A stretch of 6,927 nucleotides of DNA from Octopus sinensis (taxonomy: Eukaryota), in the NCBI RefSeq assembly GCF_006345805.1, contig NW_021829165.1:1-6927 (forward strand). The letters run 5' to 3'. Shown piece after piece: positions 1 through 6,653 of the stretch. Position 1 is the stretch's first letter. Every line of letters starts with the position of its first letter. The position numbers were made by a program, and so were the translations under genes. Below the pieces are notes generated by a model. The model was not told the origin of the DNA and did no database searches. It saw nothing but the letters and a program-made list of their open reading frames with translations.

Positions 1-360
1 AGCCATGGAAGAGGATTTGTAGTGGTCTTCCTAGAAGCCCTTTGCATTTCTTTTGGAAGGTTACTGGGAATCCATCAGGGCCTGTGGCTGAGTTTAAGCT
101 CGTTTCATGGATTATATTAGATCAGTTTTGTCTATGCCGATGTAATTGATAATTGCCATCTCTTTGTGTACTGCGATGGTACCAAAGATCTCACTAGATA
201 TAGCTATTTGCAAATGTCCCAACGGAGTTCAGAATGCATTTTTGTATTGCACATTCAGTTTTTCACTCATTCTCTGGGAGTCTGGAGTCAGTGAGTCATT
301 TTCTCCGAACAATGGCTCTATATTGTACTGTACTAAAGCAGACTCTTCTGTAAATCTCTC
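1..360 (-). mobile_element. Decayed LINE ORF2 fragment (AP-endonuclease type, CR1/L2/Jockey-group-like), linker to start of RT
   Basis: Manual minus-strand translation gives ERFTEESALVQYNIEPLFGENDSLTPDSQRMSEKLNVQYKNAF*TPLG...INYIGIDKTDLI, then a frameshift near 115-120, then NIIHETSLNSATGPDGFPVTFQKKCKGLLGRPLQILFHG. GPDG (71-82) followed by K...L..PL..LF, and the upstream I.PL...M.E.LN..(Y/F)...F.T, match the pre-RT segment of CR1/L2-like ORF2. In-frame TGA at 229-231. Runs off the window start. Confidence 0.8.
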
Positions 361-383
361 TCTCCCTCTCCTCTCTCCTTCTC
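355..383. repeat. Degenerate (CT)n pyrimidine tract
   Basis: tctctctctccctctcctctctccttctc, at the 5' truncation point of the LINE relic. Confidence 0.75.
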
Positions 384-817
384 TATATATAATTATTTGC
401 AGGATCCGTTAGAAACGAGGTATTTTAATATTAAGGACACCAAGGTAGAGTCAAGGACAGTATCTCCGTGTATCAACATACTTACTGGAGTGTATAGGGA
501 TTTGTTCTTCTAATTACGCCCACATCTACAAGTACAGACCAAATACACTCAACGGATACGTAAAATCACACGAGAGTATATTACGGCATGCAGTCCATGG
601 TCCACTGTAGGCTCAAGGGCCAGTGCAGAGAAGATTCCAAGTGTGGTGTATTATAAATAATAAATAGGCTGAGATTCACTACAGCCGTTTCAAATGTGTT
701 TTTTGCTGATGAACAGATCACGTGAAAAAAAGAAACATTTTCTTCAGATGAATTAAAATTGAAATAAAATATAGCATTTCGGATTTCTTATACAAAAAGT
801 ACGAATGCAGGAATGTA

Positions 818-1232
818 GGCGCAGGAGTGGCTGTGTGGTAAGTAGCTTCTTTACCAACCACATGGTTCTGGGTTCAGTTCCACTGCGTGGCACCTTGGAC
901 AAGTGTCTTCTACTATAGCCTCGGGCCGACCAAAGCCTTGTGAGTGGATTTGGTAGACGGAAACTGAAAGAAGCCCGTCGTATATATGTATATATATATA
1001 TGTGTGTGTGTTTGTGTGTCTGTGTTTGTCCTCCTAGCATTGCTTGACAACCGATGCTGGTGTGTTTATGTCCCCGTTACTTAGCGGTTCGGCAAAAGAG
1101 ACCGATAGAATAAGTACTGGGCTTACAAAAGAATAAGTCCTGGGGTCGAGTTGCTCGATTGAAGGCGGTGCTCCAGCATGGCCGCAGTCAAATGACTGAA
1201 ACAACTAAAAGAGTAGAAGAGTAAAAGAGTAA
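818..1232 (+). mobile_element. tRNA-derived SINE, copy 1 (octopus-type): tRNA head, core, internal microsatellite, 3' domain, short-repeat tail
   Basis: A box TGGCTGTGTGGT (828-839), B box GGTTCAGTTCC (871-881), CORE/MIR-like gcaccttggacaagtgtctt, internal (TA)/(TG) tract ~981-1020, and a TAAAAGAGTA-like repeated tail 1206-1232. Colinear with a second copy at 6379-6927, including an identical 37-nt block (939-975 = 6498-6534). Confidence 0.9.
828..881 (+). promoter_or_regulatory. Internal RNA polymerase III type-2 promoter (A and B boxes) of SINE copy 1
   Basis: TGGCTGTGTGG resembles TRGCnnARYGG; GGTTCAGTTCC resembles GGTTCRAnnCC; spacing is tRNA-like. Confidence 0.7.
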
Positions 1233-1313
1233 TGCATATTGATACTAGCAACAGAAGCAGTATTCGTTCGAAATAGCATTCCGCATATCATACTTAACTG
1301 AGAAATCTTGCAG

Positions 1314-1402
1314 AAAACCTTAAAACTGTGGTATTTCTCTCAGGAAAGTTTCTCATAGAGATGTGTAATGATAAACTGCACAAAGACACAGACATGCAGC
1401 AG
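1314..1402 (+). other. Candidate isolated host exon (speculative)
   Basis: Branch-like TACTTAAC (1291-1298), acceptor tcttgcag ending 1313 (alternative tttctctcag ending 1343), and non-canonical donor CAG|GCGAGT (1403-1408). One open frame: NLKTVVFLSGKFLIEMCNDKLHKDTDMQQ. Protein not recognised. Confidence 0.2.
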
Positions 1403-1418
1403 GCGAGTGGTGGTGCAG

Positions 1419-1419
1419 G

Positions 1420-1455
<36 letters not shown>

Positions 1456-1726
1456 CGACGATAATGATGACGATAACGATGATGATATTGTCAATAATGA
1501 TGATGATGTTAACGACGACGACAATAATGAGGATGACGATGGTGATGATGATGATGATGATGTTGATAAAGATGGCTATGATTATTAGGATGACGACTAT
1601 GATGGTGGCGATAACGATGATGATGTCAATAATGATGATGATGTTAACGACGACGACGATGCTGCTGCTGATGCTGATGATGATGATGATGATGATGATG
1701 ATTATGATGATGATGGCAATGATGAC

Positions 1727-1758
<32 letters not shown>

Positions 1759-1788
1759 CGATGATGACGATGATGACGATGATGATGG

Positions 1789-1837
<49 letters not shown>

Positions 1838-1900
1838 GGTTATGATGATTAGGATGACGACGATGATGATGGCAATAACGACGATGATGTTGAAGATGAT
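1419..1900. repeat. Degenerate (GAT)n/(GAC)n trinucleotide array with higher-order duplications
   Basis: GAT-dominated tract; identical 33-mer at 1490-1522 and 1625-1657; 56-nt blocks 1571-1626 and 1835-1890 differ at 6 positions. Confidence 0.95.
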
Positions 1901-2004
1901 TTATCACGCAGTTACATAAATTGTGTTTGGTTTTGTTTCTCTTTTTTTTTTTGTAATTTATGAAGAAATTCACATCGAATATTTTCCACCGTTGTTTTCA
2001 TTAC

Positions 2005-2057
2005 GATGGCGGTGATGGTGATGGTGATGGCGATGGTGATATGATGATGATGGCGAT
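2005..2057. repeat. (GATGGT)n/(GAT)n short tract
   Basis: gatggcggtgatggtgatggtgatggcgatggtgat... Confidence 0.85.
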
Positions 2058-2107
2058 AGTTTGGTTGTCTTATTAATATTTATATTAATTATTCCTCTCA
2101 ATTACTC

Positions 2108-2476
2108 ACGCATACACACACACCACACAAATATATATATATATACATACACACACACAAATATATATATATACATACACACACACAAATATATATATAT
2201 ACATACACACACACACAAATATATATATATACATACACACACACACACAAATATATATACATACACACACACACACAAATATATATATATACATACACAC
2301 ACACACACAAATATATATATATACATACACACACACACACAAATATATATATATACATACACACACACACACAAATATATATATATACATACACACACAC
2401 ACACACACAAATATATATATATACATACACACACACACACACACACAAATATATATACATACACACACATACAAAT
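2108..2476. repeat. Compound minisatellite, unit CAAA(TA)nCATA(CA)m, 26-38 bp, 11 full units plus a partial one
   Basis: CAAAT unit starts at 2128, 2158, 2186, 2216, 2248, 2276, 2308, 2340, 2372, 2408, 2446 and 2472. Confidence 0.95.
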
Positions 2477-2761
2477 ATTGCAAAAGAACAATAAATATCA
2501 AGGTTATTAATATTAATATTATTTTGCTTCTGCTTTTTTTAAATTTTATTTTATTGCGTGTCTATTTAAAGCAAAGTAATTAAAGGATGAGCGAGAGGAA
2601 GCGAAATAACTTTCATCTTATTAGAAATCTGCAAAAGAACGTTTTGTTGCCAAGAGAAATTTTGCAAATACTATTTTAAACGCCATCAGTGTTTGGCGAT
2701 GCACAACTGGCTCGTAGTAATAAATTAGACCGTGTTGTACAAAAGTCCTTCTTATTTATTG

Positions 2762-2928
2762 CTTCTTCTTCTTCTTCTTCTTCTTCTTCTTCTTCTTCTT
2801 CTTCTTCTTCTTCTTCTTCTTCTTCTTCTTCTTCTTCTTCTTCTTCTTCTTCTTCTTCTTCTTCTTCTTCTTCTTCTTCTTCTTCTTCTTCTACTTCTTC
2901 TTCTTTTTCTTCTTCTTCTTCTTCTTCT
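2762..2928. repeat. (CTT)n/(AAG)n microsatellite, ~55 units, first ~43 uninterrupted
   Basis: Perfect CTT run 2762-2890, then CTA and TTT interruptions. Confidence 0.97.
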
Positions 2929-2938
2929 CCTCATTGTT

Positions 2939-2970
2939 GTCATCATCATCATCATCATCATCATCATTAT

Positions 2971-3026
<56 letters not shown>

Positions 3027-3046
3027 TTACTACTACTACTACTACT
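2939..3046. repeat. (CAT)n-(TAT)-(TAC)n compound microsatellite
   Basis: Read directly from the sequence. Confidence 0.95.
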
Positions 3047-3071
3047 TTCACTTTTCGTTATTTCGTTACTT

Positions 3072-3077
<6 letters not shown>

Positions 3078-3117
<40 letters not shown>

Positions 3118-3127
3118 TAAATAATAA
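3078..3127 (+). repeat. (AAT)n tract
   Basis: Read directly; inverted relative to the (ATT)n tract about 25 nt downstream. Confidence 0.95.
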
Positions 3128-3151
3128 CCACAGTTACAAGAACATCAACTA

Positions 3152-3156
3152 TATTA

Positions 3157-3250
<94 letters not shown>

Positions 3251-3255
3251 CATCA
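3152..3255 (-). repeat. (ATT)n tract, equal to the (AAT)n 3' tail or target of the minus-strand R4/Dong copy
   Basis: Immediately follows the 3' end (3261) of the minus-strand element. Confidence 0.9.
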
Positions 3256-3260
3256 TTCAT

Positions 3261-3802
3261 CTTTGCACAGCTTCTAACGCTGGACACGTACTACAGTGCC
3301 AGCTGTTCACTACCCGTGAACTAAGGTATTTTTCCGGAGTATTCGAGCGGTTCCAAACAGTGGTGTTTTCTGCAAGTGCTCCACACTTATTGCAACCCTT
3401 ATTTCTTCCCTGTACTTCTCAAGATTTTTACTCATTGTTCCCACCTTTTTCAGCAACCACAACTGCTTAACCTCCCAAGCTAACCTGTAATATCTCTCGA
3501 CTTTCTTTCGTCCTTATCACATACCTTGTTGTCAGCTGGGCATGCTATATCTATGATCCAGTATCGTTTGCTTTCTTTCTCAATTAACACTATGTCTGGC
3601 TTCCTATTCTCTATCTCATGGTCGCACTGAATCGCATAGGATATTTGCATTATCATTTTCGATGATGCCTTCGGTTTTATGTTCGTAGCACTTTGCTTTG
3701 TCAAGTCCATACTTGTTACAAAGTTTCTAGTGGAAATCCTTGCAATATTTGAAATCCTTGAATGAAACCGTCCAAGTATTGACAGCTTTAATCTTATTCC
3801 GT
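3261..3802 (-). mobile_element. R4/Dong-clade (RLE) non-LTR retrotransposon, family A, 5'-truncated and internally deleted left copy
   Basis: Minus-strand pieces: RNKIKAVNTWTVSF (3801-3760, post-RT motif of R4-clade ORFs); NIARI/H*KLCNKYGLDKAKCYEHKTEGIIENDNANIL; IQCDHEIENRKPDIVLIEKESKRYWIIDIACPADNKVCDK (PD at 3599-3594, second D at 3551-3549, the PD-(D/E)xK RLE core); VERYYRLAWEVKQLW; EHLQKTPLFGTARILRK; then 3'UTR and (AAT)n tail. Frameshifts and a stop mean it is inactive. Confidence 0.9.
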
Positions 3803-3987
3803 GAGAAGTATAGGGAACAAATAGGGGCTGCAATAAGTATGGAGCACTTGCAGAAAACAGCACTGCTTCGAACCGCTCGAATACTCCTCAAGGTGCTCGA
3901 CAAATAAGAGGTATTACCTTAGTTCACTGGTAGTGAACAGCTGACATCGTAGTACATCTCCAGCAGCGTTAGAAGCTGTGCAAAGGC
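3803..3987 (+). mobile_element. R4/Dong-clade family A, short 3'-end right copy
   Basis: EKYREQIGAAISMEHLQKTALLRTARILLKVLDK* (3803-3907), 80-nt 3'UTR with a GTTCACT-GGT-AGTGAAC hairpin (3922-3938), then (AAT)n. About 90% identical by manual alignment to the reverse complement of 3261-3420, with indels. Confidence 0.9.
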
Positions 3988-4052
<65 letters not shown>

Positions 4053-4174
4053 TAATAATAAAGATGATAATAATAATAATAATAAAGATGATAATAATAA
4101 TAATAAAGATAATAATAATAAAGATAATAATAATAATAATAACGATAACAACAATAATGATAATAATGATGATG

Positions 4175-4208
<34 letters not shown>

Positions 4209-4300
4209 CAATAATGATAATAATAATAATGATAATAATAATAATGATAATAAAGATAATAATAATAACAATAACAACAATAATGATGATAATAATAATA
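3988..4300 (+). repeat. Degenerate (AAT)n array with GAT, AAC and AAAGAT variants
   Basis: Tail of the right family-A copy and landing site of family B; internal near-duplicate 4138-4161 vs 4264-4287. Confidence 0.95.
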
Positions 4301-4509
4301 ATAGACAAATACATAACAAAAACACCAGGACTTACAAACACATATAACATACAGAAAATTGCACTACTAGGCACTGCACACATCCTACGCAGAACACTTT
4401 CCATACAATAACCATCAGAGCATCACAACAAATCACAGCACATACCCAAGGCACACAGAGCTGCGCTCGGTAGTGAAGTGAAAGCACGCTATAAAAATAA
4501 AAACTACTG
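4301..4509 (+). mobile_element. R4/Dong-clade RLE retrotransposon, distinct family B, 3'-end fragment
   Basis: IDKYITKTPGLTNTYNIQKIALLGTAHILRRTLSIQ* (stop 4409-4411) carries the same C-terminal QK.ALLGTA.ILR..L motif. Its ~98-nt 3'UTR differs from family A. (AAT)n tail begins at 4510. Confidence 0.85.
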
Positions 4510-4581
4510 AATAATAATAATAATAATAATAATATAATAATAATAAATAATAATAATAATAATAATTATTATATATTATTA
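4510..4581. repeat. (AAT)n immediately followed by (ATT)n, a palindromic junction
   Basis: AAT repeats 4510-4565 switch to ATT repeats 4566-4581. Confidence 0.9.
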
Positions 4582-5137
4582 TGTGAGAGAGCAGTGCATG
4601 CTGCTATCAAAGTGACACTGGGGTAAAATATACGAAGCCCAGCATACCCATCATGACTACCCGTCTGATAATGGTACACCAGGCACATGCATTACAACCA
4701 TATGTGCACGACATGGTGATCTCATATCAGAGTAACAGTGCATGATCTTGCAGGTGGGATCCAGTTAGAATTTTCTTCTGGTTGAGTAACCCATCCTGCT
4801 CAAAAGGTCCCTGAATAAGGATTGTTTAAGGATGTTGAACGAAACACCCATGTTTCCAGAGATAAATTATTCAAACCCCAAAGAATTCCTCTCAACACAT
4901 GGCCATGATGCTCCCCCACTACTTCTGCTCGTGATCAGAGATGCACATATCGTCAACCACTAAGGGTCATGCTCAACTGGTTAAGGTCAAACAACTGACA
5001 AGCAAATCTGCGGTATTGAGCAGAATATTTGCTGTAGCCCATCTTTTATACAAGACCAAAACAATGTACATGATAACACTTCCAATCAATTAAGATCAGA
5101 AGCCACGAGAGCCACTGCCTGGTACTGCATCAGGGCA
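4582..5137 (-). mobile_element. Unclassified 556-bp interspersed element embedded in (ATT)n tracts
   Basis: Complex, non-coding, sharply bounded block, more GC-rich than its flanks, with (ATT)n on both sides; begins TG and ends CA. It resembles, from memory only, a common octopus repeat. Strand is assigned only from tail polarity. Confidence 0.55.
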
Positions 5138-5259
5138 TTTATTATATTATTATTATATTACTATTACTATTATATTATTATTATTATTATTATTATATAT
5201 TATTACTATTACTATTATTATTATATTATTATTATTATTATTAATTACTATTACTATTA

Positions 5260-5295
<36 letters not shown>

Positions 5296-5306
5296 TACTA
5301 TTACTA

Positions 5307-5337
<31 letters not shown>

Positions 5338-5486
5338 TACTATTATTATATTATTATTATTATTATTATTATTACTATACTATTATTATTATTATATTAT
5401 TATTATTATTATTATATTATTATCTTATTAGTATTACTATTACTATCTTATTATTATTATTATTCATTATTATTATTACTATACTA

Positions 5487-5522
<36 letters not shown>

Positions 5523-5610
5523 TACTATTATTATATTATTATTATATTACTATTACTATTATTATTATATTATTATTATTATTATTATTATATAGTAGTA
5601 GTAGTAGTAT
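5138..5610 (-). repeat. (ATT)n array with periodic ACTATTACT interruptions, ending in (TAG)n
   Basis: ACTATTACT-type motifs at 5160, 5205, 5247, 5291, 5333 and 5374. Confidence 0.95.
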
Positions 5611-5784
5611 TTCAATATTACTATAGTTGTCATGTTAACATTATTATTAATGAATTGATTGCGTCAGGAAAAAGCAGCCGCAGCAGACGAGAAGCTGACG
5701 TTAAAGAGAGATGCCTAAGAAACATTAGCAACGTTTAGAAGAACAATAGACAACAGCAGCAACAAGAACATCAAAGTAAAAATG

Positions 5785-5820
<36 letters not shown>

Positions 5821-6057
5821 TAATAATAATAATAATGATGATGATGATGATGATGATGATAATGATAATAATAATAATAATAATATTAATAATAATAATA
5901 ATAATAACAGTAATAATAATAATAACAATAATAATAATAATGATAATAACAATAATAATAATAGTGGTGATGATGATGGTAATAACAATTATGATACTAC
6001 TTTTACTTATAATAATAGTAATGACGAGAATGATGCTGATGTTGGTAACCCTACTGA

Positions 6058-6126
<69 letters not shown>

Positions 6127-6283
6127 GAAGAAGAAGGATGAGGAGGAGGGGAAGAGGGAGAAGAAAACAACAATAACAACAACAACAACAACAACAATAA
6201 TAATAATAATAATAATAGCAATAATAATAATAATAATAATAGTAATGATAATAATAATAATAATAATAGTAATAATAATAATA

Positions 6284-6320
<37 letters not shown>

Positions 6321-6343
6321 TAATAATAATGATAATAATAATT
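5785..6343. repeat. Compound trinucleotide array: (CTA)n, (ATA)n, (ATG)n, (AGA)/(GGA), (ACA)n, (AAT)n
   Basis: Read directly from the sequence. Confidence 0.95.
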
Positions 6344-6378
6344 GGCTTGCTTACGTCCTCATTACTGCAACTAGTAAA

Positions 6379-6565
6379 AGGAAAAATATGGCTGTGGGTT
6401 AAGCAACTTGCTTACGAACCACATGGTTCCGGGTTCATTCCCACTGCGTGGCACCTTAGGCAAGTGGTCTACTGTAGCCTCGGGCTGACCAATGCCCTGT
6501 GAGTGGATTTGGTAGACGGAAACTGAAAGAAGCCTGTCGTATATATGTATATATATATATGTATG

Positions 6566-6599
<34 letters not shown>

Positions 6600-6603
6600 A
6601 TAA

Positions 6604-6653
<50 letters not shown>

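Noticed and set aside
403-444. Micro-exon after a pyrimidine tract (ttgcag|GATCCG...GAG|gtattt or ...CAAG|gtagag)
   Set aside because: Weak donors, not phase-compatible with the 1314-1402 candidate, and no recognisable peptide.
420-720. Possible decayed LINE 3' end on the plus strand
   Set aside because: Only vague resemblance; no motif could be aligned convincingly by eye.
818-900. tRNA gene
   Set aside because: A and B boxes are present but I could not fold a convincing cloverleaf, and the sequence continues into the SINE body in both copies.
812-1236. Target-site duplication AATGTA / AATGCA around SINE copy 1
   Set aside because: Only 6 bp with a mismatch in AT-rich DNA; not distinguishable from chance.
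1328-1973. Poly-Asp, poly-Met and poly-His ORFs (possible acidic biomineralisation-type protein)
   Set aside because: They are the frames of the GAT array. The Asp frame hits TAG stops inside the array and has no signal peptide or domain.
2108-2476. CRISPR-like regular repeat array
   Set aside because: No unique spacers, units are pure microsatellite, eukaryotic context, no cas genes.
2061-3287. HT/YI/CV-rich and poly-Ser/Leu/Arg ORFs
   Set aside because: Translations of dinucleotide and trinucleotide repeats, with no coding signal.
3261-3987. Classical twin-priming inversion or a MITE
   Set aside because: Twin priming leaves one 3' end, but two are present. The arms are retroelement ORF and UTR sequence, not transposase-type terminal inverted repeats.
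5060-5137. Hammerhead or HDV-like ribozyme at the end of the 556-bp element (CTGATGC, GGCTCTCGTGGC on the minus strand)
   Set aside because: CUGAnGA and GAAA cores are absent, and a trial HDV fold lacks the P1.1 GG and a proper P1 helix.
3136-5774. 13-bp direct repeat ACAAGAACATCAA (3136-3148, 5762-5774) bracketing the cluster as a target-site duplication
   Set aside because: It looks like degenerate (AAC)n, does not abut element ends, and one such match is plausible by chance in A-rich DNA of this length.
5640-5784. Possible exon in the unique stretch after tgcgtcag
   Set aside because: The two frames I translated close within ~25 codons, and no donor site is evident.
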